Assembly: GCA_001914695.1 (NCBI GenBank)
Contig: MNCZ01000066.1
Coordinates: forward strand, 10,544 to 74,543
Direction of reading: 5' to 3'
DNA from: Gammaproteobacteria bacterium 13_2_20CM_66_19
Lineage (GTDB): Bacteria; Pseudomonadota; Gammaproteobacteria; Steroidobacterales; Steroidobacteraceae
Length of the DNA stretch: 64,000 nt
Within the stretch, counting starts at the first letter, position 1, and each line of letters begins with the position of its first letter. The notes under the pieces were generated by a model. That model saw nothing but the letters and a program-made list of their open reading frames with translations, was not told the origin of the DNA and did no database searches. This document shows, piece after piece, positions 18,202 through 27,421 of this stretch. Made by a program: the position numbers and the translations under genes.

Positions 18202-18341
18202 CCGTCTGCGTTCGTCTGCCGCGACAAATCGACGTCGGTTCACGACGACAAACCGGCGGTTCGGCATGTCGGTGTTCGCCCCGCACTGGCGAAGTCTTTG
18301 ACGAGCCGGGAGCTAGGCTGCTGTCGCAGCAGGCTGCTGTC

Positions 18342-18623
18342 TCAGCCTTCTTCCGGCTCAGTCCTCTTCTCGCGGGCTGCCCTGATCCGCTCGCTGAGCT
18401 GTCGCATATCATCGAGCGACCGGCGCCTGGACTTCAAGGTGGTGTCGGCAGGCAACTTGTTGTATGGATCGGTGTCCGGCAACGCTCCACGTTGTAGCTC
18501 GTCAACGCCGGACACTCCGTCGAGCGCCCTGAGCTGGCCCGTGTCCAGGCGATTGTGCAGGCCAGTCCTGGCGCGCCATTCGCCTGTGTTGGAATCACGC
18601 TTCTTGGGAGGGTCTGTGCTCAT
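18342..18623 (-). CDS. Hypothetical small charged protein
   Basis: 93-aa ORF with protein-like (not Arg/Ala shadow) composition in a lower-GC stretch. No recognisable domain and no clear SD. Confidence 0.3.
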   Translation of the reverse strand: MSTDPPKKRDSNTGEWRARTGLHNRLDTGQLRALDGVSGVDELQRGALPDTDPYNKLPADTTLKSRRRSLDDMRQLSERIRAAREKRTEPEEG

Positions 18624-19142
18624 ACAGGCCGAGGTCTTTTTTTTTGGCCATCCGCTGTGGGTAACAATAGCGCCAGGGCGAATCCAACAATGTGAGCCAG
18701 CTCACGGCATGTTCAACCGGGTTGCACTGTCGGGTTTCACGCCCGGGTTTGCTGCACCGCGATGGAGCTGAAGTGGCGCGGAAGATTTCGGCCGGCGCAA
18801 CATAACGCGTACCGTTCGGCTTCGCCGCCCGAGCTCGCGGACCGGTCTCTCGTCCCGACGCCGAGTCTTGGGAATTCCGACAGCGGACTGGAAGCCATCG
18901 CAGCCATCCCCGGCGGCGGAATGTGGGCGGTTGGCGAGACCGGCGCCGCCAAAGGGAACTACTCGACGCTCATCGAGTACCACCCGTAGCCGATCGCGGG
19001 TCAGGCGGCACTCTACCGGCGATTACGGCTTGCCAGGCCGGGGCGCTTTGTCGCCCGGGCCTGGCGTGCGCCCGGGCCTGGCGCGGGCCCGAAGCCAGGT
19101 GCTCGCCCCTCGAGCATCGCGCGCATCATTGACAATGCCGCG

Positions 19143-20906
19143 ATGCGACGCCGAAATGGGGCGGTGGAACGCCGGTCGATGTCACGCCGCCACGGTGCGC
19201 GAAGAACCCCGTGGGCGCTCCGGGCGAGACGCGCCGCCGCCTGGCTGGCACTCCTTTGGCCCGCGGTCTCGCCGGTCGCGCAGGCCGGAGACGAGCGCTT
19301 CGATCTCGTGATCGTGCACGGACGGATCATCGATGGAACGGGCTCCCCGTGGTATTCGGGCGATCTCGGCATCCGAGACGGACGAATTGCGGCGATCGGC
19401 AACCTCGAAAAGGCCGCGCGCGCGAAAACGATCGATGCGCACGGCGAAGTAGTCGCTCCCGGCTTCATCGACATGCTCGGGCAGTCGGAGCTCAGCATCC
19501 TGGTCGAGCCGCGGGTCCCCTCCAAGATCTTTCAGGGCATCACCACGGAGATCACGGGGGAGGGGAATTCGGTCGCACCGCTCAACGACTTCATCATCCA
19601 GTCGGACCGGAAGGTTTACGAGCACTACGGGGTGACGCCCGACTGGCGTACGCTGAGACAGTATTTTGCGCGGATCGAAAAGCAGGGAATCGGCATCAAC
19701 TTCGCGACCTACATCGGCGCAACGAGCGTCCGCCGCATGGTGCTCGGTGACGAGGATCGGCAGCCGACTCCGGAGCAGTTGGATGAGATGAAGCGACTGG
19801 TGCAGGAGGGGATGCGCGCGGGGGCGGTCGGGCTTTCGAGCGCGTTGGAATATGCGCCGGCGCCGTATGCGAAAACGGAGGAGCTGATCGCTTTGGCAGG
19901 GGAGGCCGCGAAGTTCGGTGGCATCTATGCCACCCACATGCGCAGCGAGGGGGACGGAATCATGGCCGCGCTCGACGAGGCGATCAGGATCGGTCGCAGT
20001 GCCGGCATTCCGGTCGAGGTCTGGCACCTGAAAGTCGCAGGCCGCCGCAACTTCGGACTAATGCCGGCGGTCGTGGCGAAGATCGATGCGGCACGCGCGG
20101 CCGGAACCGACGTGAGCGCCAACACCTATGCCTACACCGCCTGGGAAAACGGTCTCTCCGCCTTCATTCCACCCTGGGCCCATGACGGCGGCAACGCGAA
20201 ACTCGCGGCGCGCCTGCACGACCCCGCGCTGCGCAAGCGCATTCGAGAAGAGATACTGCGTCCCTCAACGGAGTGGGACAATGAATGGGATGAGATCCCG
20301 GGTCCGGAGGCGGTCGTGGTCGGCGTGGTCCACAAGGCCGGGCTCCTGCCGTTGCAGGGTAAGACTCTGGCGGAGGTGGCGAGCAAGTGGAAGAAGGATC
20401 CGATCGATACGCTCTTCGATTTGCTCATTGAGGATGATGCGCTCACCGAGGTGGCGGTGTTCGGGATGTCGGAAGCCGACGTCGCACTCGCGCTCGAGCA
20501 ACCGTGGGTGTCGGTGGACAACGATTCCAGCGGTACCTCGCCCGAGGGAATCCTGGGCAAGGAGCACCCGCATCCGCGTGCCTACGGCACTTTTCCGCGG
20601 GTCCTGCGCAAGTACGTGAGGGAGGAGCACAAGCTCACACTCGAGGACGCGGTGCGCAAATTCACCGCGTTGCCAGCCCAGCGCATGCGCCTCACGGATC
20701 GCGGCGTGCTCAAGCAGGGGGTGTGGGCCGACCTCGTGATCTTCGATCCGACAACCATCCGCGACACGGCGACCTACGAGTCCCCCAACAGCCTGTCGCA
20801 GGGCATGGAGTACGTACTGGTCAACGGCGTACCGGTCATTGATCACGGGCAGATGACGGGGGCTCTGCCGGGGAAGGTATTGCGCGGGGCGGGGTATGAG
20901 CCCTGA
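19143..20906 (+). CDS. N-acyl-D-amino-acid deacylase (D-aminoacylase) family amidohydrolase
   Basis: DLVIVHGRIIDGTGSPWYSGDLGIRDGRIAAIG...VVAPGFIDMLGQSE...THMRSEG are typical D-aminoacylase blocks. The Arg-rich N-terminus with hydrophobic core (RRAAAWLALLWPAVSPVAQA) suggests export. The start could be 19179. Confidence 0.85.
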   Translation: MRRRNGAVERRSMSRRHGARRTPWALRARRAAAWLALLWPAVSPVAQAGDERFDLVIVHGRIIDGTGSPWYSGDLGIRDGRIAAIGNLEKAARAKTIDAHGEVVAPGFIDMLGQSELSILVEPRVPSKIFQGITTEITGEGNSVAPLNDFIIQSDRKVYEHYGVTPDWRTLRQYFARIEKQGIGINFATYIGATSVRRMVLGDEDRQPTPEQLDEMKRLVQEGMRAGAVGLSSALEYAPAPYAKTEELIALAGEAAKFGGIYATHMRSEGDGIMAALDEAIRIGRSAGIPVEVWHLKVAGRRNFGLMPAVVAKIDAARAAGTDVSANTYAYTAWENGLSAFIPPWAHDGGNAKLAARLHDPALRKRIREEILRPSTEWDNEWDEIPGPEAVVVGVVHKAGLLPLQGKTLAEVASKWKKDPIDTLFDLLIEDDALTEVAVFGMSEADVALALEQPWVSVDNDSSGTSPEGILGKEHPHPRAYGTFPRVLRKYVREEHKLTLEDAVRKFTALPAQRMRLTDRGVLKQGVWADLVIFDPTTIRDTATYESPNSLSQGMEYVLVNGVPVIDHGQMTGALPGKVLRGAGYEP

Positions 20907-20994
20907 GGGGTGCAACGAACATTCAGGTGTTGGTTGTCAAACCAGACACTGATGCGCCACCACATTGAGTGCGCGTCGACTTATGCCTTTTGAG

Positions 20995-21039
20995 TCATAT
21001 AATCCATATATGACGTTACAGTCATATATTCCATTTATG
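20995..21039. promoter_or_regulatory. Palindromic candidate HipB operators in the AT-rich hipBA leader
   Basis: TCATATA-ATCCA-TATATGA (20995-21013; perfect 7-bp arms) and a degenerate second copy TCATATA-TTCCA-TTTATG (21022-21039). In addition, ATGCTGCGCAGCAT is a 14-nt palindrome across the hipB start. Confidence 0.5.
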
Positions 21040-21052
21040 CCGTTAAAGACAT

Positions 21053-21328
21053 ATGCTGCGCAGCATGAAACCCCTGTGGCTCCAGACCCCCGCGCAGCTG
21101 CCCAATCACCTGCGCTCATTCCGCAAGGCGCGCGGGCTCACCCAGGCTGCGCTCGGTGCGTTGACGGGCCTCGACCAGACTCGCATCGCCAAGATCGAGC
21201 GTGACCCCAAGCGTGTGAGCTTCGGGCAACTGCTGCAGCTGCTCGCGGTATTGCAGGTACGGGTGCTCCTCGATCCCGCGAGCGACAAGCCGCGATCCGC
21301 ACCTCGCGCGCGCGCGCCGGAATGGTAG
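21053..21328 (+). CDS. hipB: HipB-type XRE-family HTH antitoxin
   Basis: LRSFRKARGLTQAALGALTGLDQTRIAKIERDPKRVSFGQLLQLL is an XRE HTH. It lies immediately upstream of hipA. The start could be ATG 21065. Confidence 0.8.
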   Translation: MLRSMKPLWLQTPAQLPNHLRSFRKARGLTQAALGALTGLDQTRIAKIERDPKRVSFGQLLQLLAVLQVRVLLDPASDKPRSAPRARAPEW

Positions 21329-21332
21329 CGCT

Positions 21333-22685
21333 TTGGTGGCCTTACTCACTGTATGGATGAACGGCGAGCGGGTAGGGAAATGGGGGAGCCTCCGGGGCGC
21401 CGGTACGCCTTTCTTTCGCTACGAAGAGTCGTGGGCCAATGCTCCCCTGGGGCGAGCACTCTCGCTGTCATTGCCCGTGACTGCGGACCGGCAGCTGCGC
21501 GGTCAGGCGGTCGAGTATTACTTCGACAACCTGCTGCCGGACAGCGCCGAGATCCGCAGCCGCATCCGTACGCGCTTTCAAACGCGCTCCTCCGATGCCT
21601 TTGATCTGCTCACCGCGATTGGACGTGACTGCGTCGGCGCGGTACAGCTCCTGCCGCCTAACCTGGAGCCTTTGGGATGGGATCGCATCGATGCCACGCC
21701 GCTCACCGAGGCGGAGGTCGAGCAGATCCTTCGGGATGTGACAAGTGCCACACCCCTGGTGCGCGATGAGGCAGAGGATTTCCGCATATCCCTCGCCGGC
21801 GCCCAGGAGAAGACGGCCCTGCTTCACATGGCGGGCAGGTGGTTTCGACCGCAGCGCGCCACTCCGACCACCCACATCCTGAAGCTCCCGCTCGGCATCA
21901 TCGGCGGCTTCCGCGGCGACTTCTCCGATTCGGTCGAGAACGAGTGGCTGTGCGCGCAAGTGTTGCGCGAGCTCGAGCTGCCGGTGGCGGATGTGGCCAT
22001 CGCACGCTTCGGCGAGCAACGCGCGCTCATCGTGACGCGCTTCGACCGTCGGTGGATCGGCGTGGAACCGGGAGAGGTCCAGAGGAAACGCTTCAAGCCA
22101 TCCAAGGGGACCTGGATCGCACGTCTGCCGCAGGAAGACCTCTGCCAGGCGATGGGGCTGCCGCATACGCTGCGCTACGAGGCGGACGGCGGACCCTCGA
22201 TCTCGGACGCGCTGGGACTCCTTGCCAACAGCGAGTATCGCGCGAGGGACCAGGCGAGCTTCGTGCTCGCGCAGCTCGCCTTCTGGCTGCTCGCGGCGAC
22301 CGACGGCCACGGCAAAAACTTCTCTCTGCATCAACGGGCGGGTGGCGCCTACGGCCTGACGCCACTCTATGACGTCTTATCCGCGTGGCCCATCATTGGT
22401 CAGGGCAAAAATCAGCTCGCCATCGAGAAAGCCAAGCTCGCCATGTCGCTGCGCGGCCGGGGCGCCCATTACCGCTTGAACGAGATCACCGCCCGCCACT
22501 GGCAGGAGCTCGCCGCGCGAACCACAGTCCCGCATCTCTGGAATCGAATGCAGTCGTTCGTCGAATCAGCTCCAGCTGCGCTCGAGCGCGTCGAAGGACG
22601 CCTGCCGCGTGCCTTCCCCGAGCGCGTCTACGCCACGATCCGCGACGGCGTCCGCGCCCAGGTCCAGCGCTTTGCAAAGACGTAG
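21333..22685 (+). CDS. hipA: HipA-family serine/threonine kinase toxin
   Basis: LTVWMNGERVG (N-terminal coupling domain), ISLAGAQEKTALL (P-loop-like motif), ATDGHGKNFSL (catalytic loop) and LTPLYDVLS. TTG/GTG start 4-7 nt after the hipB stop. Confidence 0.9.
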   Translation: MVALLTVWMNGERVGKWGSLRGAGTPFFRYEESWANAPLGRALSLSLPVTADRQLRGQAVEYYFDNLLPDSAEIRSRIRTRFQTRSSDAFDLLTAIGRDCVGAVQLLPPNLEPLGWDRIDATPLTEAEVEQILRDVTSATPLVRDEAEDFRISLAGAQEKTALLHMAGRWFRPQRATPTTHILKLPLGIIGGFRGDFSDSVENEWLCAQVLRELELPVADVAIARFGEQRALIVTRFDRRWIGVEPGEVQRKRFKPSKGTWIARLPQEDLCQAMGLPHTLRYEADGGPSISDALGLLANSEYRARDQASFVLAQLAFWLLAATDGHGKNFSLHQRAGGAYGLTPLYDVLSAWPIIGQGKNQLAIEKAKLAMSLRGRGAHYRLNEITARHWQELAARTTVPHLWNRMQSFVESAPAALERVEGRLPRAFPERVYATIRDGVRAQVQRFAKT

Positions 22686-22696
22686 GTCAGCTCGAT

Positions 22697-24949
22697 TTAC
22701 CGGATCTTCGTGTTTCGCAAGAACGGTAGGTTGAGAAAAACATAGGCGGCCCACGCTGTCGCAGCGATGGCGAGGGCAATCCAGACGGGAACAAGTCCGA
22801 CCAGCCAGACCAGGTTGACAACATATGAGCGGGTCCATTTCGCCGCGAAAGCCAGTCGCCGTGCGATCACCGGATATGTCCCGCGCAAGTGGTCGATCAA
22901 CGAATCCCATCCCCAAATTGCGATCCACGCCGTGGTTCCAACTACGACTATTGCCCAGAGTATTGGCACAGGCGTGTGAATCAGTCTCGCACCGACAACG
23001 GGAACTAGGTATTCGATCCAGTCGGTTACCTGATCCGCAACGGCGGTCGCAAGCTCGCTTATAGACAGCTGGCTATCGCGAGCAGCGTAACCAACACCAA
23101 CGACAAGAGTTGCAACGAATAGCCACGACGTCAGTATGCCCAGCTTGAGCGCACGGAAAAAGCGCGCATGCCCAACCCGCAGAATCCGTTGCTCGCGCGC
23201 GCCAGGGGGTGCGGGAAGTGTCATGGGTGGGGAGGCCGGCGCGGTCCAGAGACTTCGGCTGCGTACGAAGGGCGAGTTGCCGAACTTCGCCCGGATGTGC
23301 CTATCGGCGACGTCGTAACCGTGGTTGACCAGCGCTGCAATTTCCACGTCGCCAAAAGCATCCATGTCGGTCCTGATGCGGCCGAGCACCTTGCGGTCGA
23401 GGCCGGTTGTGCACCCGGATCCGGCCACCGCTGGCGACTCAATGTGGAAATAAGCGAGGCCATACAGCCCGTCGCCCGACGTACCAAGTGCAGCGAGCGC
23501 ATTCTTGTACTCCAACTCCTCGTTCTGCAGATTCCCGATCCGTTCCATCAGGATCCCCGGGACGCGTGCGGCCAAAGAAATCCGACCACCGGCGGCGCGC
23601 TCCTCGACTTCCAATAGCGCACCGGTATCGCTCGCGATGATGTAATTGCAGTCTTCCTCGAGCAGTGTGGCAGTGCCGACGTTGTCAAACGCACCGCCGT
23701 CGGTGAGTGCCAGGCGACTGACGTGCGCGTCGTCGTAAACGCCTAGCACGACGAAGGGCGGAAACATTGGCGGAAAACAGGCTGATGCCCCGACCGCCTC
23801 GCTCAATGCGAGATCCTGGTAGTCCATCCTCAGGCGCGGCGACATCGCCTGCGCCGAGCGCAGGTAGTAGATCTGCAGCACGCACTCGAGCAGCACGTCC
23901 AGGTCGTTCGGCTCGCGCCGCGTCGCGTCCAACAACGTGTCGGCGAATGGAGAGTCGATGCGGCGGACAGCGTTCCAGAACCGTTCGAGCCAGGCTGCAT
24001 ATTCGTGACTCCCGCGCACCAGCATCTCTTGCGTGATCCCACGGAGGAGATACCACGCGGCGATCTTGGCGCGGCGCAGCGCACCAAGCTCAGCCCCCGG
24101 GAAAGGCCCCGGAAGAACCGAGAGCCGGCAGGGCGCGGGCCGGCGAGGCTTGGTACCCAACCGCAACTCCCGCCACCAGCGCGCGTAGTCGTAGAGCGGA
24201 CTGTTCGGAGAAGCCGAAGCCTCCTTGTCAAATGTGGAGTCGGGCAGTTCAAGCAACCGTTTACGCGGATTAAGCTCAGTCTCGATCTCGTCCCAGCGAA
24301 AGAGCCCGAGTCTGCTATCGCCGATCTCGGCTGCCGAAAAGCGGAACGATTGCCCGGAGTTCAAAGAAGTCGCGTTAAGTACAAGATTGGGCAACTTGCT
24401 CGAGTTACCGGTGTTGTATTTGTAGATCCCCTTTACGTCGTGTCCTTCCGGAGCAAACCAGACGTCGCGCAGTGGGATGTATCCTGGCCGCCACCATTTC
24501 GTTCTTCTCGCGCAGGTCGGATCAAGATCGAGGAGACGTACCGGTTCCCCGTACAGGTACCGCTCGTACAGGCGAGACATGCGGCGCCCGAGCGTGTGTT
24601 CGGTCAAAAGTACCCGCAGGAGTCCGAGCGGATTCATGAACAGGCGTAACCGCAAGTTGAGCTGAATCCCCTTGATCATCGTCGTCTGGACCTGGTCCAC
24701 GATGTCAAGGTAATGGGTGCGGGTGAGGTTGCCGCGCGTGTCGATCTGCTTCTTGAGGAACAACACGTAGAGCGCGCCGACAATAGAGCCGCCGGACACG
24801 GTAGAGAGCACCTCCACGTCGCGCAGGATGTCGAGCTCCGCCATCCGCCGCAGTACCCCGAGATGGAACAGAGACGCGCGGAACCCGCCCCCTGAAAGCG
24901 CCAGGCCGAGCTTCTCGGGCCGAACTCCCCTACCCGCAGATGTCGCCAC
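22697..24949 (-). CDS. Patatin-like phospholipase with long insert and C-terminal multi-pass membrane domain
   Basis: Oxyanion motif LSGGGFRAS, nucleophile block STVSGGSIVG and catalytic Asp block LTDGGAFDNVG. The last roughly 170 aa contain about 4 hydrophobic helices. GTG start lies 13 nt after the rmuC stop, with GAAGAGG as SD. Confidence 0.85.
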   Translation of the reverse strand: MATSAGRGVRPEKLGLALSGGGFRASLFHLGVLRRMAELDILRDVEVLSTVSGGSIVGALYVLFLKKQIDTRGNLTRTHYLDIVDQVQTTMIKGIQLNLRLRLFMNPLGLLRVLLTEHTLGRRMSRLYERYLYGEPVRLLDLDPTCARRTKWWRPGYIPLRDVWFAPEGHDVKGIYKYNTGNSSKLPNLVLNATSLNSGQSFRFSAAEIGDSRLGLFRWDEIETELNPRKRLLELPDSTFDKEASASPNSPLYDYARWWRELRLGTKPRRPAPCRLSVLPGPFPGAELGALRRAKIAAWYLLRGITQEMLVRGSHEYAAWLERFWNAVRRIDSPFADTLLDATRREPNDLDVLLECVLQIYYLRSAQAMSPRLRMDYQDLALSEAVGASACFPPMFPPFVVLGVYDDAHVSRLALTDGGAFDNVGTATLLEEDCNYIIASDTGALLEVEERAAGGRISLAARVPGILMERIGNLQNEELEYKNALAALGTSGDGLYGLAYFHIESPAVAGSGCTTGLDRKVLGRIRTDMDAFGDVEIAALVNHGYDVADRHIRAKFGNSPFVRSRSLWTAPASPPMTLPAPPGAREQRILRVGHARFFRALKLGILTSWLFVATLVVGVGYAARDSQLSISELATAVADQVTDWIEYLVPVVGARLIHTPVPILWAIVVVGTTAWIAIWGWDSLIDHLRGTYPVIARRLAFAAKWTRSYVVNLVWLVGLVPVWIALAIAATAWAAYVFLNLPFLRNTKIR

Positions 24950-24962
24950 GAAAACCTCTTCC

Positions 24963-26417
24963 TTACGCTGCGCTCGCGGGGAGGCTCTTAGCGTCCGTGC
25001 TCGAGTTCGCGCTCACCGCGAGCTGATCTGCGAAGTCGCGGTCTACCCGCAGCAGCCGCGGCTCGATCTCGATGTGCCCGAGCACTGGGATCTCCGCAGC
25101 CGTGCCCTCGACCTCGAGCTCGTTGAACCTTCGTACCTGGGGCATGACAGAGTGCTCGAGGCTCCCGATGAACTCGTTGAAGCATTTCACAGACTTGCCG
25201 AGTGCGCTGCCACAGTTCTGGATATGCTCCGCCATGACGGTGATGCGCCGATAGAGCTCACGGCCGAGCTCGTGGACGTGCTGCGCGTTCTCGGCGACTT
25301 TTTCCTGACGCCAGCCGAACGCGATGGCCTTGGCAAGCGCGATGAGCGTCGAGGGGGTGGCGATGATCACGCGCTGCGCCGCGGCGTCCTCGAAGAGCGC
25401 GGGATCGCGCTCGAGGGCTGCGGCATAGAAGTTATCCCCCGGCACGAACATCACGACGAAATCCGGCGTCACCGTGAGTCCATCCCAGTAGGCCTTGGCG
25501 GCGAGCTTCTTCATGTGCGCGCGCAGCTGCACGGCGTGAAGGGCGAGACAGCGCTCGCGCTCCACATCGTCGAGGGCATCGACGGCATCGAGATACGCGG
25601 ACATCGAGGTCTTGGCGTCCACGACCAGGTGACGGTTGCCCGGGAGGCGGATGACGGTGTCGGGGCGTAGCGGATCCTCACCCCGGCAGAAGCTCTCCTC
25701 GGTCGAGAAGTCGCAATGCGCGCTCAAGCCCGATAGCTCCAGGACGTTCCGCAAGGTGTGCTCACCCCAGCGCCCGCGGGTCTTGGGCGAGGCCCGCAGC
25801 GCCTGCACCAGCTTCGAGGTCTCCGCGCGCACCGCGTGCTGGGTCTCGGCGACCGCCTTGAGCTCCCCGGAGAGCGCCCCGTAGGCTTCCGAGCGATTGC
25901 GCTCAAGCTGCTCGATCTGCTGCCGATAGCTCTGGAGCATGTCCTGGAGCGGGGAGATGAGCTCCGCGACCGCCGCTTGCCGGGCCATGAGCTCGGCGTC
26001 GGCGCCGACCTTGTGCTTCTCGAACACCTGGTTGGCCAGCTCGAGGAACGCACCCTGGTTGGCGCACAGAGCTTCGGCGGTGAGCGTCTTCAGGCCCTCA
26101 TCGATGTCGCCACGTACATCGGTGAGCGCCGCGATCTTTTCTTCGTGCGCGCGAGCCTGCTCCTGCAGTCGTGTCTGGACTTCGACATTCATGGACCTGA
26201 CGCCTGTCAGTTCGGCCAGGAGCGACTCGATGCGTCCCTCGAGGGCTGGAACGCGCTCGGCTACGGAGGTGAGGCGTGAACGTTCGAGTTGCTGCGACTC
26301 GTGCTTGGAGCGCCAGCTCTCCACCTCGCGCCGCAGCCGCTTCAGTGCGATGCGTGCGTACAGCCCGGAGAGCGTTGCCCCGAGGACCAAACCCAGAAAG
26401 CCGCTTGACCAGGCCAC
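24963..26417 (-). CDS. rmuC: RmuC-family protein (N-terminal TM helix, coiled coil, C-terminal PD-(D/E)xK-like nuclease domain)
   Basis: GTG 26417 lies after GGAGGA. WSSGFLGLVLGATL is the TM helix, followed by a long coiled coil. Then RGRWGEHTLRNVLELSGL...PDTVIRLPGNRHLVVDAKTSMSAY...DFVVMFVPGDNFY...IATPSTLIALAKAI are typical RmuC blocks. The rest of the 677-aa ORF is a spurious upstream extension. Confidence 0.85.
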   Translation of the reverse strand: MAWSSGFLGLVLGATLSGLYARIALKRLRREVESWRSKHESQQLERSRLTSVAERVPALEGRIESLLAELTGVRSMNVEVQTRLQEQARAHEEKIAALTDVRGDIDEGLKTLTAEALCANQGAFLELANQVFEKHKVGADAELMARQAAVAELISPLQDMLQSYRQQIEQLERNRSEAYGALSGELKAVAETQHAVRAETSKLVQALRASPKTRGRWGEHTLRNVLELSGLSAHCDFSTEESFCRGEDPLRPDTVIRLPGNRHLVVDAKTSMSAYLDAVDALDDVERERCLALHAVQLRAHMKKLAAKAYWDGLTVTPDFVVMFVPGDNFYAAALERDPALFEDAAAQRVIIATPSTLIALAKAIAFGWRQEKVAENAQHVHELGRELYRRITVMAEHIQNCGSALGKSVKCFNEFIGSLEHSVMPQVRRFNELEVEGTAAEIPVLGHIEIEPRLLRVDRDFADQLAVSANSSTDAKSLPASAA

Positions 26418-26427
26418 GCGTATCCTC

Positions 26428-27357
26428 CTACGGCACCACGAAGGCCGCCAGGTGTACGAGCCGGCCGTCCGCAAGGAGGGCGCCCCCGGCGAGCCCCGCG
26501 CCGGTGAGCCGGACGTCGTCCCCTTCACCGAGTGCGGGAAACCGTTCGGCGTGCGTGGCCCAGACCAGATCGAGGAAGGCCTGGGCGTCCGTGGCCGAGG
26601 GCACCCGCGGCTCGAGCGCTGGCGTCTCGATGGCATCGAGCGCGTAGGCGCGCACCAATTTTTCGAGATACCGCGAGAAGGCGGTGGGGCAGTTGAACAG
26701 CTCGAGGCCGATGACCTTGCCACCGATGGCGACCACGGCGCCTCTTTGCCCGGGCAGCGCGCGAAAAGCGCGCACGTAGTCATCGAGCTGCGCTGCGCTT
26801 TCGACGTAGATGTCGGACATCGCGAGCGTCTCGGACTCGACGCGACAGGCGTAAGCCTTGTCGGCGACGTCCGCCCAGACTTGGGACTGGTTCGCCCGCC
26901 GCTCACCGCGCGAGCGCAAGGAGTCCGAGACGCTCTGGGCCTTGCGGGCGCGCGCCCGTGCAAAGAGCGCGCGATGGGCCGCCTGGAATTCGGCACTCCG
27001 GTAGACCCAACGCCCTTGCTCGACGCAGGACACCGGGATCACGAGCTTCTTCCCGCCGGCGACCAGGATGGAGAGGTTCACGACGCGGTTTTGCTTGGCG
27101 CCCACGAGCTCATCCCCGTCCACCAGCAGCACGGTCTCATCGGATGAGTTCTCAAACGCGAGCTCCGGCACCCGCCCGCCTGCGGACACTTCGGTGACGT
27201 GCACCAGATGGCGCTCGAGCGCCTCGTCCAGCAACACGTAGCCCGGCGCCGCTTCCGGATCTCCGATCAGCGGAAAGAGGGTGAGGTCGACATAAGTCTG
27301 TGGCTCGCCGAGCTTTAACGCGGTCAGCGACTCCGCGATTTCATGGACCTGTCCCAT
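26428..27357 (-). CDS. Conserved protein of unknown function; resembles the ARPP-1 / DUF6569 family (from memory, unverified)
   Basis: 309 aa. ATG lies 6 nt after AAGGGGG. N-terminal blocks DLTLFPL...YVLLDEALE...VTEVSAGGRVPEL...VLLVDGDELVGAKQNRVVNLSILV...IPVSCVEQGRW. The stop is 10 nt before the rmuC start. Confidence 0.6.
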   Translation of the reverse strand: MGQVHEIAESLTALKLGEPQTYVDLTLFPLIGDPEAAPGYVLLDEALERHLVHVTEVSAGGRVPELAFENSSDETVLLVDGDELVGAKQNRVVNLSILVAGGKKLVIPVSCVEQGRWVYRSAEFQAAHRALFARARARKAQSVSDSLRSRGERRANQSQVWADVADKAYACRVESETLAMSDIYVESAAQLDDYVRAFRALPGQRGAVVAIGGKVIGLELFNCPTAFSRYLEKLVRAYALDAIETPALEPRVPSATDAQAFLDLVWATHAERFPALGEGDDVRLTGAGLAGGALLADGRLVHLAAFVVP

Positions 27358-27421
27358 GGGCGCCCCCTTTCGTTTCGATGGACGCCAGTATGGGAGGGGA
27401 GGTAGCTCAGGGCGTGAGCCT

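Noticed and set aside
18762-18989. 75-aa ORF ending in a WAVG-type propeller-blade-like sequence, considered as a pseudogene feature
   Set aside because: Only about 30 residues look familiar, the N-terminal part is Arg/Pro-rich noise, and I cannot verify homology without a search. It is mentioned in the gene-poor-region finding instead.
26418-26996. N-terminal extension of the 677-aa ORF containing RmuC
   Set aside because: It overlaps the 309-aa gene in another frame. RmuC homology, the TM helix and a GGAGGA SD all begin at GTG 26417.
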